From an uncultured delta proteobacterium (GTDB lineage Bacteria; Myxococcota_A; Polyangia; Polyangiales; JAFGIB01), in contig CAVZVA010000003.1 of assembly GCA_963778655.1 (NCBI GenBank), forward strand, positions 704,001 to 768,000: 64,000 nt of DNA, in the 5' to 3' direction. A program made the translations under genes and the position numbers. Positions 1 through 9,797 of the stretch are shown in pieces. The notes under the pieces were generated by a model that did no database searches, was not told the DNA's origin, and worked only from the letters and a program-made list of their open reading frames with translations. Numbering within the stretch: the first letter of the stretch is position 1; each line of letters starts with the position of its first letter.

Positions 1-1422
1 CTCGACAGCGAGGTGTTGAGCCCGTACCTGAGGGACGGTCTGAACCTGCTCGCCTTCAAGCTCGAGAGCGGCACAGACACGGGCGCGATCAGACCGGTGA
101 TGCTGAGCTACGAGAGCGCGCTGCCCACGATTCCGATCAAGCCCGCAGCCGTGTCGGCCCCGGACGGCATGGGCATCCAGGTTTGGGTGTTCGGCCCGTC
201 GCAGGCGGTGCCCGACAACTACAAGTCGCTGGTGCTCAACGACGCGCTGATCGACTGGCTGTCAGGCCGCAAGTACCCCGCGGGCACCCTGCCGGCAGGC
301 GGGGGCGGTCCCTTCGGTACGCACGGCAGCAAGCCGAGCAACTACGACGCGGTCGTGAGCGCCGCGGTCCACGAGGCCGGCGGTCGGGGCTTCGTCACCG
401 AGCTGGGCGCGCCCGCCAGCCAGTTCAGGGACAGCGTCTGGTCGACGGTGGACGACCAACAACTCGCGATGATCTCGAGCCGGAGCTACGCCGATGGCAT
501 CGACGCCTTGCTGGCGGCCAGCGCCGTATACGGCGGCTGGGACGGCTGGAAGCAGGCGGTCGAGGGCGCGACGACACTTCCTGCCGGCGTGACGATCGAC
601 GAGCTCGGTCGCAATCCCGACCAATACCGCGGCGTGGCCGAGGTCGACACCGCCAAGCTCTTCCAGTTGCTGCAGGACAAGGTGACCAAGCCGGTGGCCG
701 ACACGGCCGCGACGCTCTACCAGGCGCCCTACCTCACGCGTCTGTACACCAGCATGGGCGCAGGCGAGATGACGGTCGATCCGGTCTTCAACTACAACGC
801 GGATCTGGCGCAGGTCAGCAACGTCCACGTCGCCAAGCAGCTCATTCAGTGCAGCTCCAAGCTGAATCGGGACGACGCACCATGGCGCATCGAGCTGCCG
901 CAGGGCGGCGTGATCACGGGCAAGGGCAGCGGCGATTGGCCCGTGGCCGCGGGCTCGCTGCCGGCGAACCTCGAGATCGTGCAGCTCTCGACCGGTGGAT
1001 CCGGCACGCTGGTCGAGGACAATCGCGACGAGATCGCAAAGAAGCTGTCCGCGATCACGGGCGCGGGCGGCAGCGCCGGTCCAGCGCTCAGCCCACAGAA
1101 CGGCCTGCCGATTGGCGGCACCCAGCGCCTTACGCCGCACCCGCAAGCCGGCTCGACGCGGAACGACAGCTTGAACCCCTCGGGTGGCGGCGGCTGCAGC
1201 ATCTCGCGCGCGAGCACGCGCACGGGCTCCGCGTTCGGGCCGAAGTTGGCGCTCGCGGCGGTGATGCTGGCGCTGTGCTGGCGTCGCTCGCTGCGGGCCG
1301 CGAACGGAGCTCGCCTGGAACATGGCAAGCAGGACTCCCGAGACAGGCGTGCCACGCCGCGTCCGCTTGCACGTGCGGACGCGCTGGGGCATTCGGGCTC
1401 AGGAGGGTCCCGGAGCTCATGA
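1..1422 (+). CDS. DUF2330-like secreted protein with C-terminal MYXO-CTERM-like sorting tail (5' end lies outside the window)
   Basis: Frame open from base 1. Segments 'LLAFKL...IRPVMLSY...PTIPIK', 'GGRGFVTE' and 'PYLTRLYT...EMTVDPVF' resemble myxobacterial DUF2330 proteins. Tail GGGGCS...hydrophobic...WRR. Confidence 0.7.
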   Translation, partial: LDSEVLSPYLRDGLNLLAFKLESGTDTGAIRPVMLSYESALPTIPIKPAAVSAPDGMGIQVWVFGPSQAVPDNYKSLVLNDALIDWLSGRKYPAGTLPAGGGGPFGTHGSKPSNYDAVVSAAVHEAGGRGFVTELGAPASQFRDSVWSTVDDQQLAMISSRSYADGIDALLAASAVYGGWDGWKQAVEGATTLPAGVTIDELGRNPDQYRGVAEVDTAKLFQLLQDKVTKPVADTAATLYQAPYLTRLYTSMGAGEMTVDPVFNYNADLAQVSNVHVAKQLIQCSSKLNRDDAPWRIELPQGGVITGKGSGDWPVAAGSLPANLEIVQLSTGGSGTLVEDNRDEIAKKLSAITGAGGSAGPALSPQNGLPIGGTQRLTPHPQAGSTRNDSLNPSGGGGCSISRASTRTGSAFGPKLALAAVMLALCWRRSLRAANGARLEHGKQDSRDRRATPRPLARADALGHSGSGGSRSS

Positions 1423-2906
1423 GATGGTGTGCCGCATCGGCCTGGGCCTGCCTGCTCCTGGCGGCGTGTAGCGGCGGCGATGGCGCGCACGCCGACGCCG
1501 GCGCCGGCGCCCCGCTCGCGCTGAGCCGCGAACAGCTGCTCGATCCGGACACTTGCAGGGGTTGCCACCCCAGTCACTACCGCGAGTGGTCGAGCAGCAT
1601 GCACGCCTACGCCTCCAAGGACCCGGTGTTCGTCGCCATGAACAAGCGCGGACAGCGTGAAACCCACGGCGCGCTCGGGGACTTCTGCGTCAGGTGCCAC
1701 GCACCGATGGCAGTGCTCGAAGGGCGCACCGAAGACGGCCTCAACCTCGACCAGCTTCCCGACGCAGAGCGAGGCGTGAGCTGCTATTTCTGTCACAACG
1801 TGAGCCGCATCGAGGGCGACCACAATGCGATGCTGCAGCTGGCCAACGACACCACCATGCGCGGTCCGATCCACGATCCGCTGCGGACCGACGCACACCG
1901 GGCCGAGTATTCCGAGATGTTCGAGGAGATGAGCCCGGAGAGCTCGGCCCTGTGCGGCGGTTGCCACGACATCGTCACGCTGACGGGCGTTCACCTCGAA
2001 CGCACGTTTCAGGAGTATCAATTCGGCCTGTTCTCGAAGAGCGCCACCGGCGCTCCGCCGGCCTTCGAAAGCTGCGTGGGCTGCCACATGCCGGGCCGAA
2101 CGGGGTTTGCCGCTGCCGCGCCGCAGGGCGTCGGCCTGCGCACCGTGCACGAGCACCTGTGGCCCGCCGTCGACCTGCCGCTCATCGACTTTCCCCATCG
2201 CGATGCCCTGCGCAGCGCCGTAGAGGATTGCCAGCTGGGAACGGCGAGCGTCACTTTCTTCACGCTCGAGGTCACGCCGCCCGACCTGTTCACGTTCCAG
2301 CTCGAGACCAACGCCGGCCACAACCAGCCGAGCGGGGCGGCGGAAGACCGGCGCATGTGGCTCGAATTCTCGGCTTACGACCAGGACGGCAAGCTGCTCG
2401 ATCAGGTCAGCAGCGGCAACATCGCGGACGACGAGATCGCGGATAAGCCGCCGGGCGACCCGCGTCAGGACCCGCACTTGCTCATGCTCCGCGATCACAT
2501 CTACGACCGGCAGGGGAAGCCCGTAAACATGTTCTGGCAAGCCGCGATGTCGAGCGCGCATCCCGACGGCTACGAGCTCAACGCGCTCCCGGTCGCCACG
2601 ACGACCTACATCGAGGGCAGGCACGCCATACTCAAGCAGTATCGAGCGTCCGGCCCCAATGGGCTCCCGGCCCGCGTAACCGCGCGGCTGAGACTGCGGC
2701 CGATCGGCTTGGACGTGCTGCAGGACCTGGTCGACTCCGGCGACCTCGACCCGGCGATCGCGGCGCAGATGCAGACGCTCAGCTTCGGTGCGCAGATCGA
2801 GTGGACGCCGAAGGACGGATTGACCAAGACCGTGTCCGCCAGCATGCAGTCGGATTGCAACACCTATCACTGCCTGCTGGACCCGAGCTCGGATTACTGC
2901 AACTGA
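1419..2906 (+). CDS. Multiheme (5 CxxCH) cytochrome c lipoprotein
   Basis: ATG overlaps the upstream stop (ATGA). Lipobox LLAAC. Heme motifs CRGCH, CVRCH, CYFCH, CGGCH, CVGCH, plus 'EWSSSMHAYA' typical of c554-like multiheme proteins. Confidence 0.88.
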   Translation: MRWCAASAWACLLLAACSGGDGAHADAGAGAPLALSREQLLDPDTCRGCHPSHYREWSSSMHAYASKDPVFVAMNKRGQRETHGALGDFCVRCHAPMAVLEGRTEDGLNLDQLPDAERGVSCYFCHNVSRIEGDHNAMLQLANDTTMRGPIHDPLRTDAHRAEYSEMFEEMSPESSALCGGCHDIVTLTGVHLERTFQEYQFGLFSKSATGAPPAFESCVGCHMPGRTGFAAAAPQGVGLRTVHEHLWPAVDLPLIDFPHRDALRSAVEDCQLGTASVTFFTLEVTPPDLFTFQLETNAGHNQPSGAAEDRRMWLEFSAYDQDGKLLDQVSSGNIADDEIADKPPGDPRQDPHLLMLRDHIYDRQGKPVNMFWQAAMSSAHPDGYELNALPVATTTYIEGRHAILKQYRASGPNGLPARVTARLRLRPIGLDVLQDLVDSGDLDPAIAAQMQTLSFGAQIEWTPKDGLTKTVSASMQSDCNTYHCLLDPSSDYCN

Positions 2907-3157
2907 GCGGCGCCGAGCCGTGTTGCCCGGTCGAGCGCACGGATGGCCATAGCGCGCGGGGCTTGGTGGTCAGCGCAAACGCACGAGAACCGCTTCGTGC
3001 TTGCCGTTCGGGTTGGTGCCGCTGCCGATCCCGGAATTGAGCACCCGGGCTATGCGCCCGTTTCGCCGATCCGTCGCGTGCCCAGGCACTCACGCGCCAG
3101 CGGGATTGGGTGGCTATCCCAAGCTGCGGTGCATATGTGGGTCGGGGTGCCTGGACG

Positions 3158-4462
3158 ATGAGGTTCTCCCTGCTGTGCTCGCTGTGCGTGGTTTGCATGC
3201 TGCCGCCCGTGGTCCGGGCGCAGGACGTGGCCGCTGCTGGCGGCAACGCGGCCGCGCTCCCCCCCCCACCCTCGCGAGCAGCACACGAGGTGCCGTCCGC
3301 CGGCGCGATCGGTTATCAGGAAGCGCTCGCGCGGGCGGAAGCCGCGCCGGAGTTGCGCGCGCGCGCGCAAGCGGTCACGCGCTTGCGCGCGCAGAGCGAG
3401 CGCGTCAGCGCGCTGCCGGGCGACTTCACACTCAGCAGCGAGCTCGGGCCGCAGCTAGCCCCCGATCGCGGCCTGCAAGGCCGCATCGGAGTCGCGCAGA
3501 GCTTCGCGCTGCGAGCGCTCGGGGCTGCGCGCAGCGGGGTGCTGCGCAGCGACGCCAGCGCTTTCGACGCCGAGCGCGCCGCAGCCGTGTTCGAGCGGCG
3601 CGTTGCGGCGGCGCAGGCCTGGCTGCAGGCGTGGTTTTCGCGGCAAGCGCTGGGGGTGGCGCGCCAAGAGCGCGATCTGGCCGATCAGCTCTCACGGCTG
3701 AGTGTACACGCGGCCGAGCTCGGTGAGCTGACCCGGGCCGATGCCGCGGACGCCGAGGTCTACGCGGCCGAGGCCGGGCTCGATGTCTTGGCGGCTGAAG
3801 GCGCGTTGGTCGATGCGCGCTTCGAGCTGGCAAGCGCCCTGGACGAGCCGGACGGCAGCTTCGACGTGCGAGGCAACCCCCCGGCACCACTCGCGCTGTC
3901 GCCCACCGTGCAAGCGCTGTTGCGGGCGCGTATCGAACGCTCGCCGCAACTTGCCGCGCTGCTCTCGCAGCAGGCCGTGCTGGCCGCCCGCGCGCGCGAG
4001 ACGCGTGCGCTGTACGGTCCGCAGCTCGCGCTCGGCGTGGTCGCCGACCGCAGCGACCCGCAGGCCTTCGCCGCGCTCGGGACCGTGTCCTTGTCGCTGC
4101 CGTTGACCGACCGCGCGCTGCGCGAGCGCGCCGAGCTCGAGGCCGATCGCACGTTGCTCGACGGCCGCCTGCGGCAAGCGCGTGTCCGCGCGCGGCTGCT
4201 GCTGGAGCGCTGGTTGCACGAGCTCGAGCACGCGCAGGCCGCGCTGCAGCACACCGAGCGCAAGCTGCTACCGGCGATCGACGCGGGGCTGTCTGCGCGC
4301 GACGCGCTGTTTCGAGCGGGCGAAGGCTCGGTGCTCGAGGTCGTCGTCGCGCACCGCACCGCGTTGCGCGAACGCGTGCGCCACCTGCGGCTCGCGGTCG
4401 ACGTGGCGCTGGCGTCCGCGCGCCTGAGCGAGCTGGCGCGCGCGCTGGGAGTCGAGCCGTGA
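3158..4462 (+). CDS. TolC/CzcC-family outer-membrane efflux protein
   Basis: Signal peptide, helical Ala/Arg-rich body, C-terminal 'FRAGEGSVLEV' OEP motif, first gene of an RND operon. Confidence 0.8.
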   Translation: MRFSLLCSLCVVCMLPPVVRAQDVAAAGGNAAALPPPPSRAAHEVPSAGAIGYQEALARAEAAPELRARAQAVTRLRAQSERVSALPGDFTLSSELGPQLAPDRGLQGRIGVAQSFALRALGAARSGVLRSDASAFDAERAAAVFERRVAAAQAWLQAWFSRQALGVARQERDLADQLSRLSVHAAELGELTRADAADAEVYAAEAGLDVLAAEGALVDARFELASALDEPDGSFDVRGNPPAPLALSPTVQALLRARIERSPQLAALLSQQAVLAARARETRALYGPQLALGVVADRSDPQAFAALGTVSLSLPLTDRALRERAELEADRTLLDGRLRQARVRARLLLERWLHELEHAQAALQHTERKLLPAIDAGLSARDALFRAGEGSVLEVVVAHRTALRERVRHLRLAVDVALASARLSELARALGVEP

Positions 4463-5634
4463 GCACGGTCGCCCCGCGCTGGCCCCGGTGCACGCGCTCC
4501 ACGCCGTCGCTTCGTACCCGATTGCGTTCGCTGCGCGGTGCGGTCGAGGGCGGCGCGTTCGCGCTGATCGGGCTCTCGCTGCTGGGGTGCTCGAGCGGCC
4601 CGAAGCCCGCGCAGCCGCAGCCCGCGGACGGGTCCGCGCGAGCGCCCGGCAACGGCAAAGCCCCCGCGGCCGCGGCGGTGAGCAGCGCCACGCGCTGGCA
4701 GCCGCCGCGCTCGCCCGAAGGCGTGCACGCGCTCGAAGCGGTGGGCCGCTTGCTCCCGCCGCCCAACTCTCGCGCCGAGCTGACCATGCCGCTGCCGGCG
4801 ACGGTGCTGCACGTGTTCGTCGTCCCCGGCCGCACGGTCGAGCGCGGTGAGGTGCTGCTGGACGTCGCGGTCCCACAAGCTGCCAGCGCCGAAGGTCAGC
4901 TCGCCGGCGCGCGCTTGCGCGAGAACGCGCTGCAAGCCCGACTCTCGCGCCTGCAGCAGCTCAGCCAGGAGGGCCTGGTGCGCGCCAGCGAGATCGCCGA
5001 AGCGCGTGCGCGTCTGGCCGATGCACAGGCAGTCGCCCGCGAGGCGCAGGCGTTGCTGGGCGCGGTGCGTGCCGCTGGCTTGCGCCGCCGCGGAGAGAAG
5101 TGCGAGCTGCGCTCCCCGATCGCGGGCGTGGTGGTCGAGGTCAACGCGCCGCTGGGCAGCGTGCGCGGGCCGGGCGACGGTCCGGTGGTGACGATCAGCG
5201 GCGGGCAGCCGACGCGTGTCGAAGCGCGCTTCGCGTTTCCGCTGCCGCGCGACGCCGCCTACGTGCTGATCGACGATGCGCAGCAAGAGCACCCGCTATC
5301 GCTGGTGAGCCAGGCACCAGAGGTGATGCCACAGGACGCAATGCGGCTGACCTGGTTCGACGCGCAGGCGCCGCTCGCGCTGCCACACGGCGCCGCGGTG
5401 CGGGTGCAAATGCGCCCGCCCAAGGACGCGTGGGTGGTGCCGGCGAGCGCGTTGTTGCGTGAAGGAGTCGTGCTGCGCGTGCTCACGGCCAAGCGCGGCG
5501 CAGTAGCCGTGGAGCTGATGGCCCCGCTCGGCAGCGAGATGCTCGTGCGTGGGGCGCTGACAGCGGGCGACCTGGTAGCCGAAGACCCGAGCGCAGTGAC
5601 CGCGGCAGAGTCGGAGCGCGTCCTTGATAATTGA
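4459..5634 (+). CDS. RND periplasmic adaptor (CzcB/HlyD-like membrane fusion protein)
   Basis: Lipoyl-like halves 'VFVVPGRTVERGEVLL' and 'LRSPIAGVVVEVN' around a coiled coil; 'VVPASAL'. Overlaps both neighbours. Confidence 0.85.
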   Translation: MSTVAPRWPRCTRSTPSLRTRLRSLRGAVEGGAFALIGLSLLGCSSGPKPAQPQPADGSARAPGNGKAPAAAAVSSATRWQPPRSPEGVHALEAVGRLLPPPNSRAELTMPLPATVLHVFVVPGRTVERGEVLLDVAVPQAASAEGQLAGARLRENALQARLSRLQQLSQEGLVRASEIAEARARLADAQAVAREAQALLGAVRAAGLRRRGEKCELRSPIAGVVVEVNAPLGSVRGPGDGPVVTISGGQPTRVEARFAFPLPRDAAYVLIDDAQQEHPLSLVSQAPEVMPQDAMRLTWFDAQAPLALPHGAAVRVQMRPPKDAWVVPASALLREGVVLRVLTAKRGAVAVELMAPLGSEMLVRGALTAGDLVAEDPSAVTAAESERVLDN

Positions 5635-8600
5635 GGCGATCGTTCAGCTCGCCGCGCGCAAGCGCGTGCTGGTGCTGCTCGCGACCGGGTTTCTGGCCAG
5701 TGCCGCCCTGCTGTCTCTGCGGCGGATCCGGCTCGACGCGCTGCCCGACATCACCTCGAACCAGGTGCTGGTGTTGACCTCGGCACCCGGCTACTCGCCC
5801 GACGAGGTCGAGCGCCGGGTGACCACGCCGATCGAGCTGGCGCTGGCAGGCGCGCGCGGCCTGCGCGAACGCCGCAGCCTGTCGCGCTTCGGCATCTCTT
5901 CGGTGACCGTCGTGTTCGAGGACGGCGTGCCGGCGCAGACCGCACGCCAGATCGTGATGGAGCGGCTGGCGTCGGTGGCTTCCGCGCTGCCCGAGGACGT
6001 GGGCCAGCCTGAGCTCGGCCCGCTCACCGGCGGGCTCGGGGAGATCTTCCACTTCACCCTGCGCTCGCCGCGGCGCACGCCGCTCGAGCTGCGCGAGCTG
6101 GCCGAGCTGAGGGTCGCACCGCTGCTGCGCAAGGTGCCGGGCGTGGTCGAGGTCAACAGCTGGGGCGGCGAGCGGCGCTCGCTGCAAGTCGACATCGATA
6201 TGGGACGCTTGTCACGCCACAACCTGACCCTGCGCGACGTGGCCGACGAGCTCGGGCGCGGGGTGAGCACCGCGCCGGGCGGCGCCGTGCCGAGCAACCA
6301 CGGCAGTCAGGTGCTGCTGCGCGGGCTGTCGCGCCCGCTGCGCGCGGCCGACGTCTCGGGGCTGCGTATCCGCGTCCCGAGCGGAGGTTCGGTGCGTGTC
6401 TCCGACATCGGCAGCGTGCGCGAGCGCGGGCTGCCACGGCTGGGTGCGGCGACGCAGAACGGGCGCGGCGAGGTGGTCTACCTGATGGTGCAGATGCTGC
6501 GCGACGAGAACGCTCTGCGGGTGATGGACCGCCTGCACAAAGCCATGCCCGCGGTGCGGCGCGCCCTGCCGCCCGACGTGGCGCTCGACCTGGTCTACGA
6601 CCGCAGCGTGCTGGTTCGGGCCACCTTGCATACGGTCGCCAAGAACCTGCTCGAAGGTGGCGTCTTGGTGGTAGCGGTGCTGTTCGCCATGCTGGGCTCG
6701 TTCCGCGCCGGGTTGATCGTGGCGGCGGTGATCCCGCTTTCGATGTTGGGTGCAGGGGTGGGCATGGCGCTGTTCGGGGTACCGGGCAATCTGATGAGCC
6801 TGGGCGCGCTCGACTTCGGCCTATTGGTCGATGGCGCGGTGGTCATGGTCGAGCACCTGTTTCACGAGCAGGTGCATCATCCGCCGGCGGCCGGCGAGTC
6901 GCGCATGTCTTGGCTGGCGCGCAGCGCGTCGTATGTTGCGCGGCCGACCATGTTCTCGGTGCTGACCATCCTGCTGGTCTACATGCCGGTGCTGTCGCTG
7001 TCCGGGGTCGACGGAAAGATGTTCCGGCCGATGGCGGTGGTGGTGGTGATGGCCCTCAGCGCGGCGCTTCTATTGTCGCTGACCTACGTGCCGGCCGCGG
7101 CTTCGCTCTGGCTGCGCCCCAAGGACGTGCCGACAGCGCCGCCGCGTCTGGCGCGTTTCGTCGAGCGCATTCACGTCCCGCTGCTCGACCGCGCGACGCG
7201 CGTACCGGCGCTGGTCGCGCTGCTCGCGCTGTTGTTGCTCGCGCTCGGCGGCTACGGCTTCTACCGCGCCGGCTCAGAGCTCGCGCCGCAGCTCGACGAG
7301 GGCGACCTGGTGATTCAGACCACGCGCGCAGCCGATATCGGGCTCGAAGGCGCCGTGGCCGCGGCCGAGAAGCTCGAGCGCGCTGCGCTGAAGGTGCCGG
7401 AGGTCGAGCGCATCGTCTCGCGCATCGGCAGCCCGACGGTGGCCACCGACATCATGGGACTCGAGCAAGCCGACGTATTCGTGCGCCTCAAGCCCAAGGG
7501 GCAATGGCGCGAAGGGCTGCGCTCGGACGCGCTGATCGCCGAGATCAAGCGCGCGATCCGCGCGGTCGACCCGGACGTCGAGCTGTCCTTCACCCAACCG
7601 ATCCAGATGCGCTTCAACGAGCTCTTGGGCGGCGCAGTGACCGATGTCGCGGTCAGCGTGTTCGGCGACGACCTGCACCAGCTGCAGACCAGCGCCGCGC
7701 GGGTCGCGGCGCGCATCGAGACCATTCCCGGCGCGGCCGATGTGCGCGTGCTGGCCCCGCCCGACGTGCCCTTGATGGACGTGGAGCCGAACTACGCGTC
7801 AGCCGCCGCGCTCGAGGTGACCGCGCGCGACGTGCTCGACGGGGTCGAGGCGATGCGAGCGGGCATGCACGCGGCGACCACCTATGACGGCCCGCTGGCG
7901 GTCCCGATCGTGCTGCGCGTACCGGGTGCCAACGCACCTGGCGACGTGGCGCGCATGACCATCAGCAACACGCGCGGCGGGCTCATCCCGCTGGGGTCGG
8001 TCGCGCGCATCGTGCGGCGTTACACACCCAGCATGGTGCAGCGCCTCGACGGTCAGCGTCGGCTGATGGTCGGCTTCAACGTACGCGGGGCCGCTCTCGG
8101 CTCAGTGGTACGCTCAGCGCAGGCCGACGTCCAGCAGCACGTGACGCTGCCGCGCGGCTATCGCCTGGAATGGGGCGGACAGTTCGCCAGCCTAAGCGAA
8201 GCGACGCAGCGCTTGGCGATGGTGATCCCGCTGGTGCTGGTGTTGATCGTGGGGTTGATGTTCTTCGTGTTCGGAGAGCTGCGACCCGTGCTGCTCTTGC
8301 TGATGCACATCCCGTTCGCGTGTGTCGGCGGCATAGCGGCGCTCAGCGCGCGCGGACTGCCGCTGTCGATCAGCGCCGCAATCGGCTTCATCGCGCTCTC
8401 GGGCATCGCCGTGATGAACGGCATGGTGCTCTTGGTTCAGCTTCAGCACTACGAGCGGTCCGGGTTATCCCCGGCGCAAGCGGCGTCGCGCGCGGCGCAC
8501 GACCGCGCGCGGCCGGTGGTGATGACGGCGCTGGTGGCAGCGTTCGGCTTCGTACCGATGATGCTGGCGACGGGAGTCGGCGCCGAGGTGCAGCGCCCGC

Positions 8601-8764
8601 TGGCTTCGGTGGTGGTCGGAGGGCTGTTCACCTCGACCGGCACGACCTTGGTGATCATGCCCGCCGTCTACGGCTGGCTGCGGGGACTGTTCGACCGCAC
8701 CAAGCGAGCCCCCGCCGAGGACGGCAGCGCGAGCGAGCCGCCCGGCGCGGATCTGTCCCGGTGA
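5624..8764 (+). CDS. czcA: CusA/CzcA family heavy-metal efflux RND transporter
   Basis: 1046 aa. Motifs 'LDALPDIT', 'SLGALDFGLLVDGAVVMVE', 'GKMFRPMA', 'GAEVQRPLASVVVGGL'. Confidence 0.93.
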   Translation: MIIEAIVQLAARKRVLVLLATGFLASAALLSLRRIRLDALPDITSNQVLVLTSAPGYSPDEVERRVTTPIELALAGARGLRERRSLSRFGISSVTVVFEDGVPAQTARQIVMERLASVASALPEDVGQPELGPLTGGLGEIFHFTLRSPRRTPLELRELAELRVAPLLRKVPGVVEVNSWGGERRSLQVDIDMGRLSRHNLTLRDVADELGRGVSTAPGGAVPSNHGSQVLLRGLSRPLRAADVSGLRIRVPSGGSVRVSDIGSVRERGLPRLGAATQNGRGEVVYLMVQMLRDENALRVMDRLHKAMPAVRRALPPDVALDLVYDRSVLVRATLHTVAKNLLEGGVLVVAVLFAMLGSFRAGLIVAAVIPLSMLGAGVGMALFGVPGNLMSLGALDFGLLVDGAVVMVEHLFHEQVHHPPAAGESRMSWLARSASYVARPTMFSVLTILLVYMPVLSLSGVDGKMFRPMAVVVVMALSAALLLSLTYVPAAASLWLRPKDVPTAPPRLARFVERIHVPLLDRATRVPALVALLALLLLALGGYGFYRAGSELAPQLDEGDLVIQTTRAADIGLEGAVAAAEKLERAALKVPEVERIVSRIGSPTVATDIMGLEQADVFVRLKPKGQWREGLRSDALIAEIKRAIRAVDPDVELSFTQPIQMRFNELLGGAVTDVAVSVFGDDLHQLQTSAARVAARIETIPGAADVRVLAPPDVPLMDVEPNYASAAALEVTARDVLDGVEAMRAGMHAATTYDGPLAVPIVLRVPGANAPGDVARMTISNTRGGLIPLGSVARIVRRYTPSMVQRLDGQRRLMVGFNVRGAALGSVVRSAQADVQQHVTLPRGYRLEWGGQFASLSEATQRLAMVIPLVLVLIVGLMFFVFGELRPVLLLLMHIPFACVGGIAALSARGLPLSISAAIGFIALSGIAVMNGMVLLVQLQHYERSGLSPAQAASRAAHDRARPVVMTALVAAFGFVPMMLATGVGAEVQRPLASVVVGGLFTSTGTTLVIMPAVYGWLRGLFDRTKRAPAEDGSASEPPGADLSR

Positions 8765-8878
8765 GCACGGCGGGGGCGCGACCTATTTCGAAGCGAATTG
8801 TGGGGCCCAAGAGCGCGCGCTCCCGGGGCGCTCGACCGGGTGCTCTTCGCTCATGACGACAGACCGGGGATGGGCTGG

Positions 8879-9100
8879 TCAGCCCTCTCGCCTCCGGCAG
8901 TCTGCTTCGATTTCATCGGCAGTCTGACGCAAAGCGGTTGCGAGCTTGCGCAGGGCGGCGATTGGGTCAGTGGTCAGTAGCTGCACGCTGAATCCATCGC
9001 CACGATAGCCGCCACCCACGAGCACGACCGCGGCCTCCGCCTGCGCCGACTCCCGCACCAAGCCCGCGAGCTCATCGTATTTGCCAACGCCGAACGGCAT
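8879..9100 (-). CDS. Small hypothetical protein (73 aa)
   Basis: Strong RBS (AAGGAG) before ATG; MPFGVGKYDELAGLVRESAQAEAAVVLV...; no family recognised. Confidence 0.55.
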   Translation of the reverse strand: MPFGVGKYDELAGLVRESAQAEAAVVLVGGGYRGDGFSVQLLTTDPIAALRKLATALRQTADEIEADCRRREG

Positions 9101-9797
9101 CCGGTTCTCCTTGGTCGAAGGGTAGCAGGTCGAGCAAGAGCCCGCTCGTACCGTTTCGGTGCGATGAAGCACGCACTGCCATTCGCACCCGCTCCACGAC
9201 ATGCTCTTGCCGCGCTCGGGTGCGAGTCGACCCTCGACGGGCGCGTCCGCGCGCAGCTGCCGAGTCCGCGCAATGCCCGGACGACCGTAGTGGTCTTTGC
9301 GCCGGCCGACGTGATCGCGCACGCGTGCTGGGCAATGCGGTGGAGGCGCAAAGTCGACGGAGTGAGCGCGGCGGCGGCCGGTTGTACTGCGAATGCGACC
9401 CAAGCTTGCCGTATCCGTGCTCGTCAGCACTCCGGACGAGCTGATTGACGGTCGCGCGCGGACTGTCGCTCATGCTCTCAGCCTGCGCCCGCTGCAACAG
9501 CACCTCGGCGTACTCGCACGGGGTTGCCACTGGATCGAGCTCGAGCGCCCAGGTGCAGAGCTGCGTCCCATCGGTGACAAGACCGCAATCAGGATCTGGC
9601 TCTCGCAGCGCTCGAGCAACAGGATCATGCCCTCCCTTCGCCTGATTCCTCCATGAAATCAGCACGATCGGCCAGATCTTGGGAGAAGCGCGCGCTGCCA
9701 AAAAAAAGCCCAAGCGGTTTCAAAGATTTGCGCGACGCGCAGGGTGGAGGCTGGCTGCGCAGGTGGGTGTACAGCACGGCGGTGCGAGGAGTTGGTG

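Noticed and set aside
183..1418. N-terminal half of the 907-aa ORF 183-2906
   Set aside because: Arg-rich shadow frame of the DUF2330 gene; the real start is the lipoprotein ATG at 1419.
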